Positions 46,601 to 56,200 of a DNA stretch of 64,000 nt are shown here, piece after piece; position 1 is the stretch's first letter; each line of letters begins with the position of its first letter. Position numbers and translations under genes: made by a program. The stretch is from an uncultured Victivallales bacterium (GTDB lineage: Bacteria > Verrucomicrobiota > Lentisphaeria > Victivallales > UBA1829). The notes beneath the pieces are model-generated. The model was not told where the DNA came from. It saw nothing but the letters and a program-made list of their open reading frames with translations, and did no database searches. The DNA lies in assembly GCA_944390735.1 (NCBI GenBank), contig CALXRL010000087.1:3031-67030 (forward strand). Direction: 5' to 3'.

Positions 46601-47373
46601 TTCCATTGAATGATCTCCGCCGTGAATCCCTGCAGCTTCTTCGGAGCGAGGGTTTGAAGCTGAACATGGATGGAACGGTTCTTCAGGTCCGGCGTAATCA
46701 TCGCCCGGAGGACATGAAACTGCGCCGGAACCATCAGAAGACGGACGGAATCATAAATTCCGCCGATGTGCCGTCTCCAGTACGAGGTGTGACCGGGATA
46801 GTCGTAGACCCGGACCGCCAGCTCATTGCGTCCGGAACGGACAAGACCGGTGATGTCGTATTGAAACGACGCGGCTCGGCCGAGATGCGCTTCCCCGGCG
46901 GATTTTCCGTTGACCCAGACATCCGCCCGTTCCGCAACGCGCCGGAAATCCAGAATGATCCGTCCCTGCCGGAGCTCTTCCGGAGAGAGGTCGAAGGAGC
47001 GGCGGTAGTATCCGATCTTTCCTTTGGAGGTGTCGTAGCGCGGGGTCAGATACCAGCTGGAGGGAACGGAAATTTCCTCCCAGTTCGCGCAGGAGGTCTC
47101 CGGCAGGAAGAGTTTCCCGCGGATGCCCTCGTCATCGGCTTTCCCGGTGCGTCCTTTGACAAAGGGAACCGTCCGGAGTTTCCACGTTCCGTCGAGACTC
47201 CGGGTTTTCCATTCCGGCGCGACCGGTTTGTGAATCCGTCCGGTCGGAAGCGAGGCCTGTGGAAACGGAACAGGGCCGGTGAAGGAACGTTCCTCCGGAA
47301 GGGTGAGTTCGGCTCCGCCGGAAAAGAACGGCATCCAGAATGCGCAGCCCAGAAGCAGGTGAGTGAATTTCAT
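43693..47373 (-). CDS. secreted glycoside hydrolase family 2 enzyme with long C-terminal extension
   Basis: The signal peptide is MKFTHLLLGCAFWMPFFSGG. The GH2 blocks are WEEISVPSSW, ADVWVNGKSAGEAHLGRAASFQYDIT, LWSPEDPHLY, GFREFK...FLLNGK, NMIRPHS, YNICDEIGMLVY and RPSLVMWSFGNE. Confidence 0.9.
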   Translation of the reverse strand: MKFTHLLLGCAFWMPFFSGGAELTLPEERSFTGPVPFPQASLPTGRIHKPVAPEWKTRSLDGTWKLRTVPFVKGRTGKADDEGIRGKLFLPETSCANWEEISVPSSWYLTPRYDTSKGKIGYYRRSFDLSPEELRQGRIILDFRRVAERADVWVNGKSAGEAHLGRAASFQYDITGLVRSGRNELAVRVYDYPGHTSYWRRHIGGIYDSVRLLMVPAQFHVLRAMITPDLKNRSIHVQLQTLAPKKLQGFTAEIIQWKDGKTVAVRNFKDFPVPAGSSWNEVGTIPLSKPRLWSPEDPHLYVLRIRDGAGKVAGFERFGFREFKTEGEWFLLNGKKFKPRMHTFSIQSCPALHNNLDHGTEKALRLMKERLHVNMIRPHSGEGTPLENLYNICDEIGMLVYFDWSGPGSFPAYDKEWNNCILESAPAFEEFIRDNYSRPSLVMWSFGNEIYEGHQNLYFSKNLDQLYGMVKKLDLQNRPICSSTGRQTLESMQAGLLKERTDVADDHQYRGSYCGSWQENIEHIKRYAQVANRYFPHPIPKVDAEYGVPGDCARYRGATTEKNIVKLLKMPRTTPAFKEAYARMLRDPRPEVGGYLRFKSNFATPDDYIAKKPLYRKFAFRYLKRPMEIYRRARVQCLGGHTNAQWYDLFRDFPEGYSIPDVPQTPLSAWSVTPAFYETARCYNPTLVSAGVFNQQPYAGKDVDVELFVTNDLNEEAVFEVIPQLRLESGSVRTFPAQKFGKIPAMEQKSLRFRFQAPDTGKIERGYLELYLFKNGRRAGDNYYDVSIFPARRTVLPAKCALYDSAGIKFRGLLETPTTFSTLKKLGGTFTAIRDFSDLDSFTHLILGTNSFDKTVLESGDRIFQWVEKGGKLLVLEQTLCGKLPFLANYSIVSGNPGTLVTLVDPSHPVFRNLRQEEMDSWFGDLGRMSRCAIGPMDAGMVAVMPLAASLDPECYKAVLCDVKIGKGEVILSQIAASDRIRESGASGEYLTSLLDYFSAPGVSRYALPIPDAQAGNVLYLEEKDAFFADLSKVVNRSFTDDKAGDGKDGWTDFGAGNDMRNLPCGTITRLQGGIPFRILNPAENGGRSCLVLKGKERPGFPKRVTGIPVNTLLNAIYVLHTAMYAREPGIAIRYILRYEDGSSQEFAADTRYDLPDWWQAQDKRNAKVVYRDEKKSLFVSEFINPHPNRKIVSIDMVSEGVAIPVVIAITGRQRLSSVISGVGEK

Positions 47374-47390
47374 CGGGGGAAAACTCCTTT

Positions 47391-48224
47391 CTATTCTTGA
47401 TCCTCGGCTTTGTCCGCCCAGAACAGTTTTGCCCAGGGGGTCGTGGTTTCATTTGCCAGACGTTCATATTTTTCATAACCGACGTGTCCGTCGGCATAGA
47501 GCAGATTGGAACCGAAGTTGTGGACTCCGGCATTTTTTCCGAGGTAGGGAATGGTTCCTTCCGGTCCGTAGGCGGTTCCGAACACGGCCTCCCGGACATA
47601 CCAGCCTGCTCCGGCACCGATGGAGCCGCATTCCATGACCAGCATGGTCTGCGTCGGATGTTTGATGAAATTCAAGGGTTTGGATGCGGTGCTGTGGTCC
47701 ATGTAGCATCGGCTGTCGTCGCCGGCACCCGGATCGTTCATGCCGTAGGAGACCGGAAATGTCTTGTCGTTTTTCGTCCCGAACTGCTGAGTCGGACAGT
47801 TGAAAACAGTTCCTTTTTCCTTGCGGTTCCCTTTGCTGCTGTACCCAAGCGCATTGTTCCATGCTGGATGCCCCATGTAGCAGTTGCCGTAATTGCCGAG
47901 AAGCGGTTTCCCCGTCATTCTGGTATAAAGAACATTCGACCAGTATCGTCCGCACTCGCATTCATTCACCAGGGGAAGATATCCGTTGTAGTCATCCGTA
48001 TAACCGTGAAAGGCCATTCCGATCTGTTTCAGGTTGCCCTTGCAGAGAGCCTCCTCCGCCTTTTTCCGCGCCTTGTTCAGAGCCGGAAGAAGAATCCCGG
48101 CAAGGATCGCGATGATCGCAATGATGACAAGGAGTTCTATCAATGTGAAATTCTGAACGGGGATCTTCGGCAGGTGGAACGGGATATTCGGATGCGGCTG
48201 CTTCATGGAATTCTCCTTTCGCAT
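47391..48224 (-). CDS. prepilin-type N-terminal domain protein with H-X9-DG motif (pseudopilin-like)
   Basis: It has [29 protein letters not shown] and the C-terminal [13 protein letters not shown]. It lies 6 nt after the ROK gene and 17 nt before the GH2 gene. Confidence 0.9.
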   Translation of the reverse strand: MRKENSMKQPHPNIPFHLPKIPVQNFTLIELLVIIAIIAILAGILLPALNKARKKAEEALCKGNLKQIGMAFHGYTDDYNGYLPLVNECECGRYWSNVLYTRMTGKPLLGNYGNCYMGHPAWNNALGYSSKGNRKEKGTVFNCPTQQFGTKNDKTFPVSYGMNDPGAGDDSRCYMDHSTASKPLNFIKHPTQTMLVMECGSIGAGAGWYVREAVFGTAYGPEGTIPYLGKNAGVHNFGSNLLYADGHVGYEKYERLANETTTPWAKLFWADKAEDQE

Positions 48225-48230
48225 GGTTTT

Positions 48231-49484
48231 TTATTCGTCCGTTTCTTCGAACGTTCCGTTTCCGGCCTCGTCGAAGATGGATTCCGTTGCCAGATAGGCG
48301 ACGGCGCGCGGGATCATCGCCCGGGAACATGTTCCGCTGATGACCCGGGTGCTTACCTGCCAGTCAGTCATGCCGTAACTGCTCATTTTCCGTTCCACGA
48401 CATCCACGGTGCACTGAGGACAGCGCGCGGTCCACTCCTCCAGGAGAACGGCTTCGGGATTGAGCATGTAGGCAGAGTTGAGGAGGGCCTCCGCGTGCCA
48501 TTCATAGCGTTCGGCCATCAGCTGTTCAAGGAATTTATCCCCGTTCTCGATGGAGCGGATGACCAGTTCCAGCGTGATGGGATCGCTCGGAGAATTCATC
48601 AGCTGAAGGATCCTGGGGCGTCCGCCGTTCCTGATGATTTCCGCAAGACGGTGTTCCAGCAGGAAAAAAGGCGTGTGGAACGTCAGAAGACCGTTCCGCC
48701 CGTCCGCGGCGGTATGACGATCCTCGGTGACTTTCATATAGGCGAGCTCCCCGGCGTGCTTCTGCCATCCCCGGTACAGTTTCCCGTTCAGGAAGAAGCC
48801 GGCGGCGCAGGAATCGGTCAAGGTGATGAAATGATCCATCTCCTTTGCCGCCCCCCACCGTTTCTCCATGACGGGAAACAGGTGCGCGACATTGATCAGA
48901 AAACAGGGAAGCCCAAAACGCTCGCGGATGAAATGTTTCAGATTGAATCTGCCGCATCCGTCGAGGAGCGCGGAATAGAAGACGTCGCCCCGGTCGAAGT
49001 CGATGATCCCGGCTACGGAAATGCCCGCAATGAGAACCCGGGAGCGCGGAACCAGGGAAAGCACCTCCTCCAGCGCCGATTCCAGAATGGCCAGATTGGT
49101 GGAGAAATTGTTCTCGACGGTTCGGATGATCGGCAGCGTGATTTCCCGGACGGCCTGTCCCCCTGCGTCGAACAGCGAGACTTTCGGCAGCTCCATGGAG
49201 AAGGAGACTCCCACCGAGTAGAAGAAATCCGGTACCAGATAAAGTCCGGTGGTCGCCCGTCCGGGGCGGGTGGCGTTTTCCGGCAGAGCCTCCCCTTCCG
49301 TCACATACCCCTCCTCGATCAGTTGCGCGATGTTGGTTGTGACGGTTCCCCTGCTGAGTTTTGCCAGAGTGCCGATGTCCCGCCGGGCGATTCCGGGATT
49401 CTGCCAGATCAGCTTCAGAAGTTTCAATGTTTTGTTGTCCTGACGCAGACCTTTGCTCTTTTCAATTACGTCCTGCAGCGGCAT
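48231..49484 (-). CDS. ROK family transcriptional regulator (NagC/XylR-like)
   Basis: The N-terminal wHTH is LKLIWQNPGIARRDIGTLAKLSRGTVTTNIAQLIEEGYV. A ROK sugar-kinase-like body follows. A GGGAGAG RBS is present. Confidence 0.85.
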   Translation of the reverse strand: MPLQDVIEKSKGLRQDNKTLKLLKLIWQNPGIARRDIGTLAKLSRGTVTTNIAQLIEEGYVTEGEALPENATRPGRATTGLYLVPDFFYSVGVSFSMELPKVSLFDAGGQAVREITLPIIRTVENNFSTNLAILESALEEVLSLVPRSRVLIAGISVAGIIDFDRGDVFYSALLDGCGRFNLKHFIRERFGLPCFLINVAHLFPVMEKRWGAAKEMDHFITLTDSCAAGFFLNGKLYRGWQKHAGELAYMKVTEDRHTAADGRNGLLTFHTPFFLLEHRLAEIIRNGGRPRILQLMNSPSDPITLELVIRSIENGDKFLEQLMAERYEWHAEALLNSAYMLNPEAVLLEEWTARCPQCTVDVVERKMSSYGMTDWQVSTRVISGTCSRAMIPRAVAYLATESIFDEAGNGTFEETDE

Positions 49485-49531
49485 TCGGATTGCTCTCCCC
49501 TTTCCGATTCGGATTCTCCGTTTCTCTTTTC

Positions 49532-49560
49532 ATTATACGATATTCCGGCTGCTTTGTCAA
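49532..49560 (-). promoter_or_regulatory. exact-consensus sigma70 promoter (TTGACA-N17-TATAAT, minus strand) for cassette C
   Basis: The plus strand reads attata at 49532-49537 and tgtcaa at 49555-49560. Confidence 0.65.
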
Positions 49561-49705
49561 TATCAAAACCAAAATTAATCAGATGTTTTTCTGCTTTTTT
49601 TTGATCTTTTATGATTAAAGGCAAATTAATAAATGTTTCCCGGGTTGCGATTTCCTCATGGAAGAGAAAAGCGGTGGGATGGAAACGCGGCGAAGGAAAA
49701 CGCAT

Positions 49706-49734
49706 TTGCAATCAGGGAATCGGGATGCTATACT
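49706..49734 (+). promoter_or_regulatory. sigma70-type promoter candidate for the GspG-like gene (TTGCAA-N17-TATACT)
   Basis: TTGCAA lies at 49706-49711 and TATACT at 49729-49734. The site lies about 30 nt upstream of the AGGAG RBS and ATG 49766. Confidence 0.55.
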
Positions 49735-49765
49735 ATCTCAGCATCAAACAGTCAGGAGAACGGTG

Positions 49766-50380
49766 ATGAAAAGAACATTTACGCTTGTGGAAATCCTTGT
49801 GGCGGTGGCGATTATCGGGATTCTTGCGGGGATGGCGCTCGGGCTGACGTCCTATGTCAGCGAGAAATCCGCCAGAACCTCCACGCAGACGACCATCAAA
49901 CTGCTGGAGCTTGCTCTGGAAAACTTCAAAAGCAAGCATGGCGCCTACCCTGTGCTGGACACCAGCGGAAAACCGACTATTTTGTACCTGGAAAAGATCT
50001 ATTTCGGCGATTCCTCCTACAAGAATACGATCTGGGGCTGTTTCAATGATGTGACAGCGGATACCGCCACCTCCGCGGCCGATACGACCGCCTCGAAACG
50101 GACGGCGAAAATCCGGGGGATCAGAATCGCGTGGAACTCCGACAAGAATCAGTATCAGGTTCAGGACGGCTGGCGCCAGCCGGTGATCTATATCTATCCG
50201 GGCGTTATCAACACGGGCTCCTACGACCTGATTTCTCTCGGCAAAGACAAGTGTTACGGAAGCGGAACCACGGAGATCAAACCCTCCTCCGGAGATCTGC
50301 CCGCGACGGTGACTCGGAATTTGATTTCCGAGGATTTCGACGAGGAGTCGGACGACGTCACCAACTTCAAGCGGAACTGA
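49766..50380 (+). CDS. type II secretion major-pseudopilin (GspG)-like protein
   Basis: ORF trimmed to ATG 49766. It has MKRTFTLVEILVAVAIIGILAGMAL and the GspG-like C-terminal block DGWRQPVIYIYPG...YDLISLGKD. It has no H-X9-DG motif. Confidence 0.85.
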   Translation: MKRTFTLVEILVAVAIIGILAGMALGLTSYVSEKSARTSTQTTIKLLELALENFKSKHGAYPVLDTSGKPTILYLEKIYFGDSSYKNTIWGCFNDVTADTATSAADTTASKRTAKIRGIRIAWNSDKNQYQVQDGWRQPVIYIYPGVINTGSYDLISLGKDKCYGSGTTEIKPSSGDLPATVTRNLISEDFDEESDDVTNFKRN

Positions 50381-50648
50381 GTTGTCTCGCGGATCTTCAC
50401 CCGTTTCCGTCGGATTCCCCATCTTCTCATCCGTTTCCGCTGGATTTTTCCCGGTGTCCGGATTCCGGAACCCCCTGCGGGGGGCTTCCGAAGCATCTTT
50501 TTTGCGGAGCCTTCCGGGAAGAACCCGGTCTCTTTTCCTTATCTATTGTCCCTTTTTTCCGCGTCTGTTTCCGATCCGGGCGCCTTGCGTGGAGGGGAGG
50601 GGGCCGGAAGAAAATCGGGAGGAAACGGGGTGCGGCGTGAAAACGGGT

Positions 50649-50677
50649 TTGAAATCAATGTCGATTGGTTGTAAATT
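50649..50677 (+). promoter_or_regulatory. sigma70-type promoter candidate for adk (TTGAAA-N17-TAAATT)
   Basis: TTGAAA lies at 50649-50654 and TAAATT at 50672-50677. Confidence 0.4.
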
Positions 50678-50716
50678 ATAGAATTATAGCAAATTTCAAA
50701 TGGAAGGAAGGCGGTC

Positions 50717-51370
50717 ATGATTACGAAAAAGAATGTCGTTCTTCTCGGTCCTCCGGGAGCGGGAAAAGGAACTCTTTCGGAAGTGCTTCTGAAAGAGGAG
50801 AAACTGGCGCATGTTTCAACGGGAGACATCTTCCGCTCCGAAATCGGGAAAGGCACGGAACTGGGCAAACTGGCAAAAAGCTACATGGATTCTGGCAAGC
50901 TCGTTCCGGACGAGGTGGTGGCCGATATGGTTGCCGCGAAACTTCTTTCCGCGGAGTGCGCGGATGGCTTCCTGCTCGACGGCTTTCCCCGTACGATCCG
51001 TCAGGCGGAACTGCTGGAGAAGGCGCTGGATCAGGCCGGAAAAAAACTGGATGCCGTTGTTCTTTTCGATGCGCCCGAGGAGTTGCTGATTCAACGTCTG
51101 ACCGCACGGCTGACCTGCCGCAAATGCGGAGCCAGCTTCAACAAGATTTTTGCGAAGCCCAAAGTGGAAGGCGTATGCGACCACTGCGGCGGAGAGCTCT
51201 ATCAGAGATCGGATGATTCACTGGAGACGGCGAAGAACCGTCTTGCGGTCTATCGGGAACAGACCTTCCCGCTGATTGAATATTATACCGGGAAATCGCT
51301 TCTGAAAAAAATAGATTCCTCGCTTCCCAAGGCGGAAGGGTACGCCGCTTTGCGCGCGATTCTGAGCTGA
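50717..51370 (+). CDS. adk: adenylate kinase (zinc-lid type)
   Basis: It has GPPGAGKGT, STGDIFR and DGFPRT. The lid cysteines are CRKCG...CDHCGG. Confidence 0.95.
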   Translation: MITKKNVVLLGPPGAGKGTLSEVLLKEEKLAHVSTGDIFRSEIGKGTELGKLAKSYMDSGKLVPDEVVADMVAAKLLSAECADGFLLDGFPRTIRQAELLEKALDQAGKKLDAVVLFDAPEELLIQRLTARLTCRKCGASFNKIFAKPKVEGVCDHCGGELYQRSDDSLETAKNRLAVYREQTFPLIEYYTGKSLLKKIDSSLPKAEGYAALRAILS

Positions 51371-51374
51371 TAAA

Positions 51375-52139
51375 ATGAGCAGGGAATACATCATTCATAC
51401 ACCGGATGAGATCGCGAAGATCCGGGTGGCCGCCGCGATGGCGGGTCGGGCCCGCGACCGCATTGCCGAATTCGTTCGTCCCGGCATGAGCACGAAGGAA
51501 CTGGATATGGTGGCGGGGGAAGTGATTCATTCGATGGGGGGAAAATGCGCGTTTCTCGGGTATCACGGCTATCCGGGCAACATCTGCATCTCGGTGAACG
51601 ACGAGGTGGTGCATGGAATCGGAGTGCCGGACCGCTTCATCCTGAAAGGGGATATCGTCAGTCTGGATGTCGGAGTGGAGTATGAGGGGGGAATCGGGGA
51701 TACCGCGCGGACGGTGTATGTCGGTGACGGTCCCGCGCCCGCGAACGTCCAGACTCTTCTGGATGTGACTCAGGAGGCGCTGGAAGCCGGAATTCAGGCG
51801 GCGCTTCCGGGAAATTACATTCGCGACATATCCGCGGCGGTGGAGAAGGTTGCCAAAAAACATCACATCGGAGTGGTGCGCGATTTTGTGGGGCACGGCT
51901 GCGGAACCAAGCTGCATGAACCTCCCGAGGTGCCGAACTATGTGACGCCCCATCGCGGACCGCGTCTGCAGCCCGGAATGGTGCTGGCCATTGAGCCGAT
52001 GTTCAATCTCGGCACCTACAAAGTGTTTGTCCGCCCGAACCGGTGGACGGTATGCACCTGCGACGGAGAATATTCGGCTCATTTCGAGCATATGGTTCTT
52101 ATAACAAATGAACAACCGGAGGTCTTAACCCGTGCCTAA
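51375..52139 (+). CDS. map: type I methionine aminopeptidase
   Basis: It has the metal-ligand blocks [28 protein letters not shown] and AHFEHMV. Confidence 0.95.
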   Translation: MSREYIIHTPDEIAKIRVAAAMAGRARDRIAEFVRPGMSTKELDMVAGEVIHSMGGKCAFLGYHGYPGNICISVNDEVVHGIGVPDRFILKGDIVSLDVGVEYEGGIGDTARTVYVGDGPAPANVQTLLDVTQEALEAGIQAALPGNYIRDISAAVEKVAKKHHIGVVRDFVGHGCGTKLHEPPEVPNYVTPHRGPRLQPGMVLAIEPMFNLGTYKVFVRPNRWTVCTCDGEYSAHFEHMVLITNEQPEVLTRA

Positions 52140-52350
52140 AGATGACGTCATAAAAGTCGACGGGATTGTGAAGGAACTGCTTCCCAACACCATGTTCAAA
52201 GTGGAGCTGCCCAACAAGCATTGCGTGCTTGCGCACATCAGCGGAAAGATGCGTTTGAATTTCATCCGCATTCTTCCGGGCGATACCGTCACGATTGAGA
52301 TGTCGCCCTATGATCTGACCAAGGGCAGAATCGTTTTCCGCCAGAAGTAA
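52132..52350 (+). CDS. infA: translation initiation factor IF-1
   Basis: It uses a GTG start. The 72-aa S1-like sequence reads [36 protein letters not shown]...GRIVFR. Confidence 0.95.
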   Translation: MPKDDVIKVDGIVKELLPNTMFKVELPNKHCVLAHISGKMRLNFIRILPGDTVTIEMSPYDLTKGRIVFRQK

Positions 52351-52416
52351 CGGCTTCGGAAGCGGAGGGCGGAAGCTTCTTTCGTGTTTCAGTCCTTCGG
52401 GAGTGAATGTTTGACA

Positions 52417-52453
52417 CTGCGGTTTCCTGTTTCAGGAGACCGCAGCGTTTTTC
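52417..52453 (+). terminator. rho-independent terminator after infA
   Basis: A 12-bp stem pairs 52417-52428 with 52434-52445, including one G-U pair. The loop is gtttc, and a T5 run follows at 52448-52452. Confidence 0.75.
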
Positions 52454-52456
52454 TGT

Positions 52457-52550
52457 TTGAACGGGGAACTTGAATGGTTTCCCTTGTTGAACGGACCGGA
52501 GGATGGTATGTTCCCCTGGTGGAACGGGGGAAGCTCGAACCATTTCTCCC
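52457..52550. repeat. three degenerate ~30-nt tandem units, each able to form a GGGGAA/TTCCCC hairpin (REP-like)
   Basis: The units start at TTGAACGGGG 52457, TTGAACGGA 52487 and TGGAACGGGG 52520. An inverted TTGAACGG copy lies at 52575-52582. Confidence 0.5.
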
Positions 52551-52578
52551 GGAATCCTCCCGGGAATGGCGCCTCCGT

Positions 52579-53274
52579 TCAATAGAAGCTCTGATAATTT
52601 TCCATTCGATGCTGACCGGCAAGCGTGGCGAGCCAGCTGTTCCGTTTCAGCCATTCGGCGCGGATTTTCCCGTGCGTTCCCGACTGGACATGCCCATCGG
52701 CGAAGAGTCCGTTGAGCGCTCCTTTATGACGGTAATGAAATCCGGCATTGGAGTAAACAGAGGGGTTATAGGCTTCACTTCCTTCCTGCGTCCCGGAAAA
52801 ATAAATGGAATCGCTCAGAAACCAGTAGGAAGAAGCATGCCGCAGAACTTTGGTGTCGAACCATCGTTGAGAAGCTCCTCCTTCGCCATCGTTTTTTTCC
52901 ATGCTGGGATTCCCATGAAAGGTGTTATAGGGGGTTCCGAGTCCCAGCATAACTGTTGAGCCGTAGGTATTGCCTTTGTTTTTCTTCTGGGAGGAGACGG
53001 CGGGACAGGAAATATATTTCGGCAGTTTGTCCGCAGGGAAAAATTGAACGCTCCATTGGATATCATTGACTGCACAGTAGGAAATGGGAATAATCCCATC
53101 GCTGTCGCCGGAATAGAGACTGAACAGCAGCCCGAGCTGTTTCTGATTGTTGCGGCAGGAGGCGGCCAGCGCCGCCGCCCTGGAGGAGTTCAGCGCCGGA
53201 AGAAGAATTGCCGCAAGAATGGCAATGATGGCGATCGTGATCAGAAGTTCAATGAGGGTGAATCGAAGTTTCAT
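52579..53274 (-). CDS. prepilin-type N-terminal domain protein with H-X9-DG motif (pseudopilin-like)
   Basis: ORF 52579..53454 trimmed to [32 protein letters not shown] (ATG 53274). The C-terminal motif is [13 protein letters not shown]. Its ATG overlaps the stop of the upstream hydrolase as ATGA. Confidence 0.9.
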   Translation of the reverse strand: MKLRFTLIELLITIAIIAILAAILLPALNSSRAAALAASCRNNQKQLGLLFSLYSGDSDGIIPISYCAVNDIQWSVQFFPADKLPKYISCPAVSSQKKNKGNTYGSTVMLGLGTPYNTFHGNPSMEKNDGEGGASQRWFDTKVLRHASSYWFLSDSIYFSGTQEGSEAYNPSVYSNAGFHYRHKGALNGLFADGHVQSGTHGKIRAEWLKRNSWLATLAGQHRMENYQSFY

Positions 53275-56200
53275 TCTGCTTGAGCCTTTCCTGTTTGCTG
53301 AGCGGGATGCCAGAGTCCATACCCGTTGCGGAATCGGTGGTTGTTGCTGGTTCCGGACCAGATTTCCGAAGAGAGTCTGCCATCCGGTGTTGTATTGTTG
53401 ATTTTGATATCCAGTCCAAGCAGGCCGGAGGATTTCATTCCGAGCTCGGACCATGGAATTCGGGCGTTTGCCTGGTATCCGTCCCGAGTCATGGTAATTT
53501 CGGATCGGATGTTTTCCGCCTTCATGCCGAGAGTGCTTTTCAGTTCCGGCAGACCGTTCGAGGAGGGGGGCGCGAGGAAGAGGCGTCTGACACTTTTCCC
53601 CGCATGAGCATCCCCCGGATTGGTCAGCGGAGCGGAGTCGAAGAAGAGTTCAATGGAATCGCCGTTCCACGGGGCGTCGGCTTTTCGCGGGCCGCGTTCG
53701 ACATCGCGCACGGTGACGGTCAAATGCAGTCCCTCTTTTGTGCCGGAAGCCGTAAAGGAGAAGCCTTTTCCATGTCCCGTTTCCCCGTCGCGGAGGAGTT
53801 TCCTGCGGAACGGCGGAAGAGTCAGAGTGAAATTGCGTTCGCCGTCTGCAAGATAGACCTTTGTTTTTCCGGGAATCGCCTGTTCCGCTCCGGGGAAGAA
53901 AAAGAGGGCTTTTCCGTTGATTTCCATCTCCGCCGTTTGCGGTTTTTCGCTGAAATCCGGCCGGACGACCGCCGTGATCTTGTTCGGTGAAAGATTCTGA
54001 ATCTCCAGCAGGAGAGTCCGCCGCCGGTTTTGCAGAAACGGAAATGCCGCGAGGATCCGGAAGGAGAGGACTCCCCGAAGCTGAGCCTTTTTCAGATCGT
54101 TCCGGAGATTTTTCCCGCGGAGAAAAACGGGAAATTCTGAAAGAGGAATTGTTTTTCGGGAGGGGATCGCATTCAGGTACATGTCCAGGACTTCGAATTC
54201 TCCATCCGGGAGTTCGAGGATGAAGTTCTGGGCGTCGGGTGTTTTCCATACGGCGGCGAGCTGCTGACCGTTCCGCATCCGGTAGAGGTAACCGGTTGCG
54301 CCGGAGGGCCACTGGAAGCGTTCCATCGGCGCGGCTCCGTTGAGAAGATGCGATGCAACACTCTGTCCGGTGTAGAGATCGTGGGGAATATAACCCGAAT
54401 GAACCATTCCATCCCCGAGTTCCCAATGGGGTGCGAGTTCGTTCTGGAGGAACTGCTCGTCGGCAATCGGCATGGTCCGGGCGACTCCTTCTCCCAGGTC
54501 AATCAGCGTGCGGCGGAGCAGATGCTGCGCGTGAGAGGCGCGTCCGGCAACGGCATAATGCGCACTTGGTGCCGGCCCGATGTAGTAGAGTTCCGTGTTC
54601 CAGATCGGGAGATCGGGAGCATAGTTCTTAAGGAGGTCGCGTAGATTTCTGAGGGCGCTCTGGGCAGACAGAGGGGAGGAATCCAGAGGAGAGGCGTAGG
54701 GATGAAAGCTGAGAGCATCGCAGTATTTCAGAACTCCGCTTTTGCCCATGTCGGTGAGGAACTGATCGGTTTTTCCTCCGTAGTCGGTAGTGAGTCCGCC
54801 GCCGATGATGAGGGCATCGGGATCATTGCGTTTGATGATTTGCGCGGCACTTTTGAGATAGGGAATGTATTCTTTGGCTCCGGGCAGAGCAATGTTGGGT
54901 TCATTCGTGATTTCGTAAGCGGCGATTTGCCCCTTGTAGTGAGAGGAGATGGCTTCGGCAAGACGTGTCCATGCAGCGGGGTCGGGAGAGACGCCGTCCC
55001 AGAGGCCTTTCATTTTGTGTATGACTGTTGCGGGGGATTTCAGAAGCCAGTCGGGAAGAGGGGAGAAGACACGTTTTTCGTTTCCCCAGTCGCGCAGATA
55101 CAGCATGTTGCCGAATACCGGCATCAGGGCGAATCCGTTTCGGCGGGCAAACTGAAAGCGGTCGTCGGAGAGTGTCCAGTCGAAATTTCCCGGTTCCGGT
55201 TCCATGAGCTTCCATTGCAGTCCACTGTCGTGAAGACGGAGAAAGACGACTCCGGAGCGTTTGAGAAATTCCGCGAATTCCGGATCCCCTCCGCCGTTCA
55301 TGGTCCGGAAGGCGTTCGGAATTATCCCTTTGAACGGAATGCCGAGATTGCTGTTTATGCCGGTGGCAAACTCCTTTTTCGGATTGATAGGCCGGTTCTG
55401 CGGACGGGGAATTTCTGTGAAGAACCAGTCTCCGAGGCCCTGGCGGAAACCGTCGCCTTCCAGAAGCCCGGAAAGACGGAAATGACCGAAACGCCGGGTT
55501 TCGGTGTCGAGCGGAAGAGTGAGCGTTCCGTTCGGAGGAACTGTTTGGGAGATCGTCCGCCCGGGGAAGGGGATCTCCGGCATCAGCGTGTCCCGGATTT
55601 CCAGACGGGCGTGAATCGGACGGGGGCGATCCGTATAATTCACAAGCCGCAGTTCACAGGGAAGCGTTTCTCCAGGGAAACGGACCCGGCGGTCGCCGCA
55701 GACCGCTCCTTCTGCGGGAGCGGATGGCGCATAAGGGAGAAGATCCTTCCCCTCCCGGATTTGAAGTGCGTCGAACCAGACACTTGCCGAGGAGGGTTTC
55801 CCCTTCCGATCCCAGCGGAAGAACGTGAAATACCAGCTCCGTTTTCCTTTTGCCGTGAAGGTGATGGAGTGGCGTTTCCATTGGGTCGAGGTCCGGAAAT
55901 TCCGTGCAGTGAACATCGACCAGTCGCTGAAGGTGGGGGTGACCATCTCTCCGGCATACTGCCCGGCGCGGATGTCGACCGGTTCGCTGCTTTTCATATA
56001 CCAGGAGAAGGTATAGACCCTGCCGGGAATCAGTTTGTACTCCCGGCTGACCAGTTCGATCACGTCTCCTCCGGGATTGTCGAAGCGGATGCTCTGTTTC
56101 CCATGGATTTTTTCCATGGTGTCAAACACGGGTTCCTGAAAGTGTTTTGGATTTCTCTGCCGGACGTACCGCCGGATGCCGAATTCCGCTCGTCCGAGTT

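Noticed and set aside
44011-49604. 1129-aa and 735-aa plus-strand ORFs (44011..47400 and 47397..49604) antisense to the GH2, pseudopilin and ROK genes
   Set aside because: They are shadow ORFs that run across three real minus-strand genes. No motifs are present.
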